A DNA stretch of 64,000 bases, from NCBI GenBank assembly GCA_963725075.1, contig CAVRXA010000004.1, positions 3,578 through 67,577 of the forward strand, read 5' to 3'. This document shows, piece after piece, positions 55,027 through 64,000 of the stretch. Within the stretch, counting starts at the first letter, position 1. Each line of letters opens with the position of its first letter. The notes beneath the pieces were generated by a model. It did no database searches. It saw only the letters and a list, made by a program, of their open reading frames with translations, and was not told where the DNA came from. The DNA is from an uncultured Acidobacteriota bacterium. GTDB lineage: Bacteria; Actinomycetota; Acidimicrobiia; Spongiisociales; ZC4RG35. Both the position numbers and the translations under genes were made by a program.

Positions 55027-55683
55027 ATGACAGCGAATCACGAACAGGCGGTGGTGGAAGGCGATTGGCTGTTGGTCGAGATCGACGGTGAGCCGATCGA
55101 CATCGATGCGCCAAGGTCGGTCCGATTCGAAAGTGACCGGGTGACCGGCCAGGTCGGTGTGAACCGCTTCACAGGTTCGTTCACGATCGACGGGAATGTG
55201 CTCGAGATCGGGCCGGCTGCCTCGACCCGGATGGCGGGGCCGCCGGAGTTGATGGACCTCGAGCATCGGTTCCTCAGCCAACTCCAGGGAGAGCATGAGA
55301 TCGACTTCACCGGGACGGAGTTGACACTGGGTGAGAAAGCGATCGTGATGTCCAGGGCCCCGGCGTTCTCAGTGAAAGGGACGGTGTCCTACCGGGAGAG
55401 GATGATGCTTCCACCCGACAGCGTGGTCATGGTCGAGCTGGTCGACATCTCTGCCGCCGACGATGCCGTCGAGCCCCTTGCCACTCAGTTGATCGCCGAT
55501 GCCAACGGACCGCCTATTCCCTTCTCTCTCGACGTCGCGGAGGACATCGACGAGAGACGCAGGCTGGCGGTCAAGGGGCGCATTGTGTCCGCCGAGGGCG
55601 ATCTGCTTTGGGCCACCGACACCGCGATGGGGCTCCAAGATCGGGCGCAGGCTGTGGACCTCTGGCTGCGCCGGTCGAGTTGA
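55027..55683 (+). CDS. META (HslJ-like) domain fused to a YbaY-like domain
   Basis: GQVGVNRFTGSF...GPAASTRMAGP (META); GTVSYRERMMLPP...PIPFSL (YbaY). Confidence 0.8.
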   Translation: MTANHEQAVVEGDWLLVEIDGEPIDIDAPRSVRFESDRVTGQVGVNRFTGSFTIDGNVLEIGPAASTRMAGPPELMDLEHRFLSQLQGEHEIDFTGTELTLGEKAIVMSRAPAFSVKGTVSYRERMMLPPDSVVMVELVDISAADDAVEPLATQLIADANGPPIPFSLDVAEDIDERRRLAVKGRIVSAEGDLLWATDTAMGLQDRAQAVDLWLRRSS

Positions 55684-56090
55684 TGGAGCTCACCGACGAC
55701 ATCACCCGCACCGCAGGGATCCTCCTTCTGACCCTCGTCGCCGTGGAGTACGGAGGGCTCTTCCTTTTTTCCATCCACAACGGGCGGCGTGAGCTCACGG
55801 ATTTCCAGAAAGCGTCGTTTCGCGCGGGTCACGCCCATGCTGGAGTGCTCGTGATCCTGTCCCTGGTGGCGCTGATCTACGCCAACTCCCTCGACCTGTC
55901 CGGGTTCGCCGCCGTCATCGGGCGATCGGCGATACCTCTGGCCGCCATCCTCATGCCCGCCGGCTTCTTCTTCGGTGCGATGGGTCGAGGGCGAACCGAA
56001 CCGACTCGATTCATGTCCTTGGTGTATCTGGGGGCGTTATCGCTCGGTGTGGGTGCGGTCACGCTCGGGGTTGCTCTTCTCATCCGATGA
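55683..56090 (+). CDS. Hypothetical 4-TM membrane protein
   Basis: VEYGG, FRAGHAHAGVL, AAILMPAGFFF; start overlaps the upstream stop. Confidence 0.75.
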   Translation: MELTDDITRTAGILLLTLVAVEYGGLFLFSIHNGRRELTDFQKASFRAGHAHAGVLVILSLVALIYANSLDLSGFAAVIGRSAIPLAAILMPAGFFFGAMGRGRTEPTRFMSLVYLGALSLGVGAVTLGVALLIR

Positions 56091-56867
56091 ATCGATCCCA
56101 GGTCCTCTCCCCATCCTCCGCACCAGATGCGCTTCGAGGGCAGGCCCGAATCTGATCCCCAGCCAGACGGCAGCGACGAAGACCCCGGTCGCTACGGCCC
56201 AAGCCCAGCCCGGGCCCCCTTCCAGACCGGCCATGGTGAACACCCCGGCGGCCACCGCGGGAATCCGCCCCACCGCCGCAATCACCATGAAGCGACCAAA
56301 CCCGATACCGGACAGCCCGGCGAGGGCACACACCGCGTCATCGGGGAGGAACGGGAGAAGGAATACGAGCCAGAGGAGAAGACCACCCCGAGCCGTCATC
56401 AGACTCTCATATCGCTGGACTCGCTCTGCCCCGGCCAGTCTGATCGTAAGCGGTCTCCCCCATCGGCGTGCCACCAGGAACACGATCGCCGACCCGAGGG
56501 CCATCCCGGCGAGGCTCAGCGCCATTGCGGGCCACGGACCGAAGGCAAGTGCCCCGACCGGCGGGAATAGCGTCCCCGGTATCGGGACCACCACCACCTG
56601 AGCCGCCTGGGCGAGTAGATAACCGATCGGGCCCCAGGCGCCGAGACCGTCTACCCATGCCCTGAATGCCTCAGGGGAGGCCAGCGTCTGGAAGAGGCCG
56701 GCCCACCAACCACCGATGTCATCGCCGACCAGGAACGTCGCCCCGACCACGGTAATGCCCATCGCCAACCTGAGAACCAGCCGACGGCGGCGACGCCCGG
56801 AGGGGCGATCGGAGACGACGTCGCTGAGGGTGGGGTCGACCAGATCCACCCCCCGAGCATGACGCAT
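56037..56867 (-). CDS. TVP38/TMEM64 (VTT/DedA-like) family membrane protein
   Basis: QVVVVPIPG, GALAFG, FLVARRWGR, FLLPFLPDD, AGLSG. Start codon uncertain. Confidence 0.85.
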   Translation of the reverse strand: MRHARGVDLVDPTLSDVVSDRPSGRRRRRLVLRLAMGITVVGATFLVGDDIGGWWAGLFQTLASPEAFRAWVDGLGAWGPIGYLLAQAAQVVVVPIPGTLFPPVGALAFGPWPAMALSLAGMALGSAIVFLVARRWGRPLTIRLAGAERVQRYESLMTARGGLLLWLVFLLPFLPDDAVCALAGLSGIGFGRFMVIAAVGRIPAVAAGVFTMAGLEGGPGWAWAVATGVFVAAVWLGIRFGPALEAHLVRRMGRGPGIDSSDEKSNPERDRTHTER

Positions 56868-56883
56868 GCCCGCCCCTCCCCAC

Positions 56884-56992
56884 CATCGGGGAGTTCCCCC
56901 GAATTCCCCCGATGACCTCAGGGTGGAGACGGGTCCACCGATCGGCTGATAGCGGCGCTCATCCGCGATCCGACCGGATAGTGACCGGTCGG
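56884..56992. promoter_or_regulatory. Repeat-rich operator region upstream of the ABC/two-component operon
   Basis: CATCGGGG/CCCCGATG inverted repeat enclosing a TTCCCCCGA direct repeat, and CCGACCGG-N7-CCGGTCGG (56970-56992). Confidence 0.4.
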
Positions 56993-57058
56993 GCGATGTG
57001 GGCAGCGATTGGGTTCGGCACACTGGGGATGTCAGCAGTCACCGACGAAGGAACCGAC

Positions 57059-57985
57059 ATGCCCGTCATCGAAGTCGACAACCTGGTCAAGCGATACGAC
57101 GACGTCCCCGTGGTCGACGGTGTCAGCTTCACCGTCGAGAAGGGCGAGATCTTCGCCATCCTCGGCCCCAATGGGGCAGGGAAGACTACGACTGTGGAGT
57201 CGATCGCCGGTCTCCGACAGCCCGACGGGGGCCGGATCAGCGTCCTCGGTCTGGACCCACAGCACGACGCCGCCGAGATGCGAGAGCGTCTCGGGGTGCA
57301 GCTCCAGGAGAGCAGTCTCCCCGACCGGATCAAGGTATGGGAGGCGCTCGATCTCTACAGCAGCTTCTATCGGAGCCCCGCCCCCTGGCCCGATCTCCTC
57401 GACCAACTCGGTCTCACCGAGAAGCGGGACACGAAGTTCGCCAAGCTTTCCGGAGGGCAGAAGCAGCGGCTCTCGGTCGCCCTGGCCTTGGTCGGAAATC
57501 CCGAGATCGCCATCCTCGACGAGCTGACGACAGGTCTCGACCCTCAGGCTCGGCGTGACACCTGGGCCCTCGTGGAGCAGCTGCGTGACCGCGGCGTCAC
57601 CATCGTCCTCGTCACTCACTTCATGGAGGAGGCCGAGCGCCTCGCAGACCGGGTCGCCCTGATCGACTCGGGAAAGCTGATCGCTCTAGACACGCCGGCC
57701 GGCCTGGTGTCCAGGGCTGACGACGAGCAGCGGATCCGCTTCCGTCCTGAGCCACCGGTCGACGAATCGGAGCTCGCCGCGTTGCCAGACGTGACCGGCG
57801 TCGACAGCTTCGGTGACCACCTGGTGGTGACCGGCGTCGGCAATGTGCTGCATTCGGTGACCGCCTATCTGGCTCGCAAGCAGATCATCGCCTACGAGCT
57901 TCGGGTCGAACAGGTGACGCTCGACGATGCATTCGTCGCTCTCACCGGAAAGTCCTTGCAGAACACCGAAGACTCCGAGATCTGA
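57059..57985 (+). CDS. ABC transporter ATP-binding protein (drug/peptide exporter type)
   Basis: GPNGAGKTT, LSGGQKQR, ILDELTTGLD, VTH. Confidence 0.95.
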   Translation: MPVIEVDNLVKRYDDVPVVDGVSFTVEKGEIFAILGPNGAGKTTTVESIAGLRQPDGGRISVLGLDPQHDAAEMRERLGVQLQESSLPDRIKVWEALDLYSSFYRSPAPWPDLLDQLGLTEKRDTKFAKLSGGQKQRLSVALALVGNPEIAILDELTTGLDPQARRDTWALVEQLRDRGVTIVLVTHFMEEAERLADRVALIDSGKLIALDTPAGLVSRADDEQRIRFRPEPPVDESELAALPDVTGVDSFGDHLVVTGVGNVLHSVTAYLARKQIIAYELRVEQVTLDDAFVALTGKSLQNTEDSEI

Positions 57986-57996
57986 GGAGAGAAACC

Positions 57997-58740
57997 ATGT
58001 CCGCACTCACCAAACTGACCACCGTCGAAGGAAAGCTCTTCGCCCGAGAGCCGCTCGCCATGTTCTGGGGACTGATCTTCCCCGCGGTCCTCTTGATCGC
58101 ACTGGGCCTGTTCTTCCCTGGCTTCGACACCCCGAGCCCGGACCTGGACGGGTACCGACTGATCGATCTCTATGCCCCCATCATCCTCGGTCTGGCTCTG
58201 GCCACCCTGGCCTTCGCCACGCTGCCTGCGATCCTCGCCACGTATCGGGAGCGCGGCGTCCTTCGCCGGCTGCAGACCACACCGGTGAGCCCATGGCGTC
58301 TCGTGGCGGCACAGCTCATCATCCAGATGGTGATGGCGGTGCTGGCCGCAGCACTGGCGATTGGCGTGGGAGCGGTCGTGTTCGACATCCCGATTCCACA
58401 GAACCTGGGCGGGTTCGTCCTGGTCTACACCCTGGCGGCGGTCTCGATGCTGGCCCTCGGGCTGCTCATCGGGGCGGTCGCTCCCACCGTCGCCTCGGGC
58501 CAAGGCATCGGGATGGCGGTCTATTTCCCGATGCTGTTCTTCGCCGGGGTCTACTTCCCACGGGAGGCGATGTCGGACGGGCTGCTGGCGGTGAGCGACA
58601 TGACCCCGACCGGCGCCGGCGTCCAGGCTCTGCAGGACACCTGGTCCGGTCTGGCCCCCTCGACTTCTAGTCTCCTGGTCATGGCAGCCTTTGCGATCGG
58701 GGCCAGCGTGCTGGCGGCCTTGACCTTCCGCTGGGAATGA
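57997..58740 (+). CDS. ABC-2 type permease
   Basis: Six TM helices, YRERGVLRRL, YFPMLFFAG. Confidence 0.92.
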   Translation: MSALTKLTTVEGKLFAREPLAMFWGLIFPAVLLIALGLFFPGFDTPSPDLDGYRLIDLYAPIILGLALATLAFATLPAILATYRERGVLRRLQTTPVSPWRLVAAQLIIQMVMAVLAAALAIGVGAVVFDIPIPQNLGGFVLVYTLAAVSMLALGLLIGAVAPTVASGQGIGMAVYFPMLFFAGVYFPREAMSDGLLAVSDMTPTGAGVQALQDTWSGLAPSTSSLLVMAAFAIGASVLAALTFRWE

Positions 58741-60001
58741 GCCCCGAATCGGCCACCCGATCGCCGAGACCGATCCGACTCTCGGTGGGAAGCGTGGCTT
58801 CGAGAAGGTCGTGGAATGGGTGCCCTACGTCACCCTGGCGTCGGTCTCGTCCTCAGCGTCTCGAGCGCGACACCTGGCGATGCGGCTGTCTCGGTCGGTC
58901 TGGCCCGGCAGCCGCCGTCTGGGTGCCTCTTCATGTTCACCCTTCGCGCAAACGCCGGAGAATCGAGGCTGGATGCGGGTGTATTTCGTCGGACTGACTC
59001 GTCTTCTTCGCCGTGTTGATGCTATCTGCTTCCGGTCTACTTCGTCTTCGTCATCACCGGTTTCATCCACGCCTTCGTCCTCAAGCCGCCGGCAGTCGCG
59101 TTCGTCGGGATCGGGCCTCACCTCTCTGATCATCAACTCCCGAATCGTCACCACCGATCCCACCGCAGACGGCTGGTGGACCTACGGGATCATCGTCGTG
59201 ATCCAGACCACTCGCCAGTCGGGTTCGGGATCATCGGTGGGGAGAAGATCGCCGATCTCAGCGAGCAGCGACGACGCTCACTGCTCGAGCTGGAGGCGGC
59301 CCTGGAGGAGAACGCCGGTCTCCACGCCCAGTTGGTCGCCCAGGCCAGGGAGGCGGGCAGTCACCGACGAGAGACAGCGAATCGCCGGGGAGATCCACGA
59401 CACCATCGCCCAGGGACTGACCGGCGTCATCACCCAGCTGGAGGCGGCGAATCAGGTCAAGAGCGACCCGGCGGAGCTTCAGCGACGGTTGGACAATGCC
59501 ACCAACCTGGCCCGGCAGAGCCTGGCCGAGGCCCGTCGCTCGATGCGGGCCATCCTCCCCGCTCCCCTCGAGGGAAGACATCTTCCCGAGGCGCTGGCCG
59601 ACGAGGCGGCACGCTGGTCGTCGTTGAACCGGGTGACCACCGAGGTGACCACCACCGGCGAGACGCAGGGTCTTCACCCCGAAGTGGAGGTGACGATGCT
59701 GCGGGTCGCCCAGGAGGCGCTGGCCAACGTGGCCAAGCACGCCAATGCCTCACGGGTCGGAGTCACCCTCTCCTACATGGGCGACGTCGTGACCATCGAC
59801 GTCAGGGACAACGGCAACGGATTCGTCGCGCGGCAGCGGGCGCAACGGCTGCCGGGTCCGACGCCGGGTTCGGTCTCACCGCCATGCGGCAGCGGGTGGA
59901 GCGACTGGCCGGCACCCTGGAGATCGAGTCCGAGCCCGGGTGGAGGGACCGCGGTCTGTGCCACCCTTCCCGCTATCCCCATCGACTCATCCGATGACTG
60001 A
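58737..60001 (+). CDS. NarL-partner (HisKA_3) sensor histidine kinase, broken by several frameshifts
   Basis: ERQRIAGEIHDTIAQGLT, RVAQEALANVAKHA, DNGNGF, GFGL.AMRQR, GGT distributed over different frames. Confidence 0.8.
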
Positions 60002-60646
60002 CCCGACCGGCCGGTCCGGCTTCTCATCGTCGACGACCACCCGGTGGTCCGGGACGGTCTGCGGGGCATGTTCGAAGGTGAGGAAGGCTTCGAGGTGGTG
60101 GCCGAGGCGACAAATGGGGCGGACGCCATCTCCAAGGCCCGTGCTCATGACCCCGATGTCGTGCTGATGGACCTCCGCATGCCGGAGATGGATGGTGTCT
60201 CGGCGATCCGGGAGATGACCGAGCTCGGGATCCCTGCTCGCGTCCTCGTGTTGACCACCTTCGACACCGACAGCGACGTTCTGCCCGCCATCGAGGCCGG
60301 GGCGACCGGGTATCTCCTCAAGGACGCCCCCCGGGACGAGCTGCTCCGAGCGGTGCGTTCCGCCGCCGCAGGCGAAGCCGTCCTCTCCCCGAGCGTCGCC
60401 GCCCGTCTTCTCGATCAGGTCCGCCAGCCCGTGAAGGAGACCGTCAGCCAGCGCGAGCTCGAGGTGCTCCAGCTCGTCGCATCGGGGGCGACCAACCGGG
60501 ATGTCGCCGAGCGACTGTTCGTGAGCGAGGCGACGGTCAAGACCCACCTCCTCCACATCTACGCCAAGCTCGGTGTCAACGATCGTGCCGCCGCCGTCGG
60601 CGCCGCCTTCGAGAAGGGCCTGCTCACCCCGGGCGAAGGGCGTTAG
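59994..60646 (+). CDS. NarL/LuxR family response regulator; 1-nt deletion near 60015
   Basis: LIVDDHPVVR (frame-restored), LMDLRMP, GYLLKD, SQRELEVL, TVKTH. Confidence 0.92.
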
Positions 60647-60653
60647 GAAGTCG

Positions 60654-60701
60654 TTTTGGCGCGCCGATCCCGGTCTATAGGCCGGGATCGGCGCGCCAGA
60701 A
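60654..60701. terminator. Long hairpin between convergent genes (bidirectional terminator candidate)
   Basis: Perfect 17-bp stem TGGCGCGCCGATCCCGG (60657-60673) / CCGGGATCGGCGCGCCA (60682-60698). Confidence 0.75.
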
Positions 60702-60707
60702 TGGTTA

Positions 60708-61550
60708 TTAGCCGGCGAAGGCGGCAGCCAGCTTCTCCACTGTCGAGGCGTCGTGCTGGGCGGTGAGACCGACGATCACGAGGTCGAGACCGGCATCGAA
60801 CAATTTCTCGGCGCGTGCGGCGACGCTGGCCGGATCGGGCTCCGGGTCGACTTGCAGGTGAGAAGAAAGGGTGATCTCCGCTGGGTCCCGCCCCACGTCG
60901 GCGCAGTGCCCCCAGAGGACTTCTCTGAGCCGCCGCCACTCGTCGAGCTCTTCCTCGACGAACAGTGCGTCCCACATCGCGGCGAATCGGGCCACCAGCC
61001 GGAGTGTCCGTTTCTCACCACGGCCACCGATCACGATTGGTGGCCTCGGCTTCTGAACCGGCTTTGGCTCGTTTCGAGCACCGTGTAACGAGTAGAACCT
61101 GCCCTCGAAGTCGGTTGTCTCCTCGGTCAGAAGGCTGTGGATGACCTCGGTTCCCTCCTCGAACCGGGTCATGCGCTCGTCGACCGTCCCCAGGTCCATC
61201 CCGTAGGCATCGGCTTCGAGCGGGTACCAGCCCGCTCCCAGGCCGAGCTCGAGACGTCCCTTGGAGACGATGTCCAGCGACGAGGCCATCGAAGCCGTCA
61301 CCGCCGGATGGCGAAAGTGCATCCCGCACACCATCGTCCCCACCCGGATCCGGTGGGTCGCCTGAGCGAGGGCGGACAGCGTCACCCATGCCTCCAGACA
61401 GGGGCCGTTGGTGTCGCCCCGAAGTGGATAGAAATGATCGAAGTTCCAGGCGGACTCGAACACAGCGGTGGCGTCGGCTGCTGTCCACACCTCGAGCATC
61501 TGGTCCCACGTGGTGTGATGAGTCGGTGTCTTGATGGCGTAACGGCCCAA
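60708..61550 (-). CDS. LLM-class F420-dependent oxidoreductase
   Basis: WNFDHFYP, EAWVTLSALA, RHPAV, GRLELGLGAGW, GGRGEKRTL; TTG start with GGAGG RBS. Confidence 0.9.
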   Translation of the reverse strand: MGRYAIKTPTHHTTWDQMLEVWTAADATAVFESAWNFDHFYPLRGDTNGPCLEAWVTLSALAQATHRIRVGTMVCGMHFRHPAVTASMASSLDIVSKGRLELGLGAGWYPLEADAYGMDLGTVDERMTRFEEGTEVIHSLLTEETTDFEGRFYSLHGARNEPKPVQKPRPPIVIGGRGEKRTLRLVARFAAMWDALFVEEELDEWRRLREVLWGHCADVGRDPAEITLSSHLQVDPEPDPASVAARAEKLFDAGLDLVIVGLTAQHDASTVEKLAAAFAG

Positions 61551-61666
61551 TGTCGACCTCCTGAGAACCTGTTGCCGGGTGGCGATCGTATTGGCTACCG
61601 TCCGCCGCGACAATCGATTGGGGCACATTCGTCGACTGGCTGCCTGCCCGATGATCGATCATCCAA

Positions 61667-62911
61667 ATGAAGCAGGACCTAATCCAGGTGACCTCGACGG
61701 CACCGCCCGGCACTGCCGCTGACAGGGCGACCGGAGGGCTGGTGGCGTCGGTGCAGGACCTCAGCATCCACTTCGAGACCAAAGCCGGATGGGTTCATGC
61801 CGTCGACGGCGTCTCCTTCGACATCCGGGACGGGGAGACCCTGGGCCTCGTCGGAGAGACCGGTTGCGGGAAGAGCGTGACGGCGCGCTCGTTCTTGCGT
61901 CTGGTGGCGAGCCCGCCCGGCGTCTATGCCGGCGGGAGGATCGACTTCTGGTCGAGCGAGGCGCAGGCAGCGGGGGGAGGCCCGGTGAACCTGCTCACGA
62001 TCGCCGATGACGAGATGCTCGAGATCCGCGGCAATCGCATCGCCATGATCTTCCAGGATCCGAGCAAAGCCTTGAACCCCGCCCTCTCAATCGGGGATCA
62101 GCTCGCCGAGGTGTTCTTCCAGCACCGAAGCAGCGACCTCCTCGAACCGCTCGGACCCAACGTGCCGGCGATCGTCCGCCGCGCGGCCAAGCAGGAGTCG
62201 GGCCTGTTCGAGCGAATCCTGCTGAAGCTCCCCCCGCTGCGGTCGAAGGCCTCGACGATGAGGGCGGAGGTCGCCGACCTGGCAGCCGAGGCACTGGCCG
62301 AGACTCAGATCCCAAACCCGCGCCGGATCATGGCCAGCTACCCCCATGAGCTTTCGGGCGGGATGAAGCAGCGGGTCCTCATCGCCCAAGCGCTTGCCTG
62401 CAACCCGGACCTTCTCATTGCCGACGAGCCCACGACCGCTCTAGATGTGACCATCCAGGCGCGGATCCTGAATCTGATCGCCGAGCTGCAACAGCGGCGT
62501 GGCACATCCGTGCTCTATATCAGCCACGACCTCTCGCTGGTGCGCGAGATCAGCGATCGGGTCGCGGTGATGTACGCCGGGAGAATCGCCGAGATCGGTA
62601 CGACCGACGACCTGTTCCGACAGCCCCTCCACCCCTACACCCGGAGTCTGATGTCAGCAATTCCCTCTTCGAGGAGCCGGCGGGGCCAGCTCGCCGCAAT
62701 CGAGGGCAACGTCCCAGAGCTCATCGACCCGCAACCGTCCTGCCGATTCCACAGCCGTTGCCCGTATTCGATGGAGATCTGCCGCACTGTCGATCCCCGT
62801 TTCCTCCGCCACGACGTCGAACATGGTGTCGCCTGTCATGGCCACGACGATCCAGCCGATCTCGGCCTTCGCCCTGGCGACATGCCGTCTTTGGAACCGA
62901 TGATCCGATGA
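61667..62911 (+). CDS. Oligopeptide/dipeptide ABC transporter ATP-binding protein (OppD-like)
   Basis: [39 protein letters not shown]...C...ACH. Confidence 0.92.
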   Translation: MKQDLIQVTSTAPPGTAADRATGGLVASVQDLSIHFETKAGWVHAVDGVSFDIRDGETLGLVGETGCGKSVTARSFLRLVASPPGVYAGGRIDFWSSEAQAAGGGPVNLLTIADDEMLEIRGNRIAMIFQDPSKALNPALSIGDQLAEVFFQHRSSDLLEPLGPNVPAIVRRAAKQESGLFERILLKLPPLRSKASTMRAEVADLAAEALAETQIPNPRRIMASYPHELSGGMKQRVLIAQALACNPDLLIADEPTTALDVTIQARILNLIAELQQRRGTSVLYISHDLSLVREISDRVAVMYAGRIAEIGTTDDLFRQPLHPYTRSLMSAIPSSRSRRGQLAAIEGNVPELIDPQPSCRFHSRCPYSMEICRTVDPRFLRHDVEHGVACHGHDDPADLGLRPGDMPSLEPMIR

Positions 62912-64000
62912 CGGAGGTGCGTGTCGGCGACACAGATCCCTTCCCTCGTTTCTCCAAGGGCGAGCTGCAACGAAGACGAAAGGCCATGCACGAGGTCATG
63001 GAGGCAGCCGGGGTGGCGCACCTGGTCGCCTATGGATCGGAGCGGACTGGTTCGGCGGTGCAGTGGCTCTCGGAATGGCCGGTCACCCGTGAGGCGGCCC
63101 TGGTCGTCACCCCCGGTGAACCACTCCACCTGCTGGTCCAGCACTACAACCATCTCCCGAACGCCCGCCGGATTGCGGCCGACTCCGACGTGGAATGGGG
63201 TGGCCCATCCACCATCGAACGGCTGGGGGAGATCCTCAACGCCCAGCTGACAGAAGGGCAGCGGGTCGGGGTGGTAGGTCCGCTCGGTCATCGAGATCAC
63301 CAGGACCTCGCCGGGTCGGTGGGCGATCTGGTGAGCCTCGACCGCGAGTACCAGCGTCTCCGGCTGGTCAAGTCATCCGAGGAGATCGAGCGTCTGGAAG
63401 TTGCGGCAAGACTCTCCGACCAGGCGGTGGAGGCGGTCGCCGCCGAAGCCCGGGTCGGCATGGACGAGCGCCGGCTCGCTGCGATCATGGAGTCGGCCTA
63501 CCTCGCCGAGGGTGGGACCAACCACATCCACTACTTCGCCTCCACCTCGATGGCCGATCCGGACGTCTGTGTGCCATCGCAATTCCAATCGACGCGGCGG
63601 CTGCAGGCGGGGGACATCCTCTTCTGTGAGATCAGCGCCGCGTTCTGGGGTTACGCCGGCCAGGTCCTGAGGAGCTTCACCATCGAGGCAGACCCCACCC
63701 CCCTCTATGCCGGCCTCCACATGGCGGCCGATGCCGCCTTCGACGCCATCTCGGCCGTCACGCATGCCGGCACCCACGTCCGCGAACTGGTCGAGGCGTC
63801 TTCGGTGATCGAGGAAATGGGCTTCACCATCTACGACGACCTGGTCCATGGATACGGAGGCGGCTATCTGCCCCCGGTTCTGGGAACCAAGAGCCGGCCG
63901 AACCTCCCCACACCGGACATGGTGCTCGAAGAAGGGATGGCCCTGGTCATCCAACCCAATGTGATCACCACCGACGAGAAGGCCGGCGTCCAGACCGGGC
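62908..64000 (+). CDS. M24 (pita-bread) family protein, creatinase/ectoine-hydrolase-like; runs off the window end (absent from the ORF track)
   Basis: Open frame from the ATG at 62908: FPRFSKGELQRR, RLVKSSEEI, FCEISAAFWGYAGQVLRSF, VHGYG, VIQPNV. Confidence 0.85.
   Translation, partial: MTEVRVGDTDPFPRFSKGELQRRRKAMHEVMEAAGVAHLVAYGSERTGSAVQWLSEWPVTREAALVVTPGEPLHLLVQHYNHLPNARRIAADSDVEWGGPSTIERLGEILNAQLTEGQRVGVVGPLGHRDHQDLAGSVGDLVSLDREYQRLRLVKSSEEIERLEVAARLSDQAVEAVAAEARVGMDERRLAAIMESAYLAEGGTNHIHYFASTSMADPDVCVPSQFQSTRRLQAGDILFCEISAAFWGYAGQVLRSFTIEADPTPLYAGLHMAADAAFDAISAVTHAGTHVRELVEASSVIEEMGFTIYDDLVHGYGGGYLPPVLGTKSRPNLPTPDMVLEEGMALVIQPNVITTDEKAGVQTG

Noticed and set aside
38935-60646. Prophage, integrative element or IS in the accessory region
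   Set aside because: No integrase, transposase, phage structural gene, att-like direct repeat or tRNA target is visible.
58737-60646. True pseudogenisation of the two-component system
   Set aside because: All catalytic motifs are intact across frames; clustered indels are more simply explained by a poor consensus, though this is unproven without reads.

Overview
High-GC actinobacterial chromosomal segment; gene content and style suggest Acidimicrobiia (inference). No rRNA, tRNA, CRISPR array, transposase or integrase was found. 1-11.4 kb is a respiratory super-locus: a geranylgeranyl/menaquinone reductase, rex, a minus-strand b6f-type Rieske/cytochrome b operon (split cyt b, 2x[4Fe-4S] ferredoxin, 640-aa diheme cyt c) and a divergent cbb3-like operon whose CcoN homologue appears to lack all six metal-binding histidines. 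Three subunits across the two operons share one N-terminal helical motif. 11.4-25 kb holds a candidate 6S-like ncRNA, a SAM hydrolase, a Clp1-like polynucleotide kinase, an RsiG-like protein, an M23 peptidase, a MoaD-membrane fusion, a sulfite-oxidase-family enzyme and 2-oxoacid dehydrogenase E1 alpha/beta. 25-39 kb has an S9 peptidase, an LLM enzyme, a DUF4062-cyclase-STAND protein, a formylglutamate amidohydrolase/DUF1704/ATP-grasp trio, and nrdJ with its promoter, NrdR boxes and DnaA box. 39-64 kb is accessory: an ECF41 sigma factor with two back-to-back cognate promoters, transporters, a two-component system and gene fragments. About a dozen single-base frameshifts in otherwise intact genes most likely reflect consensus indel errors.
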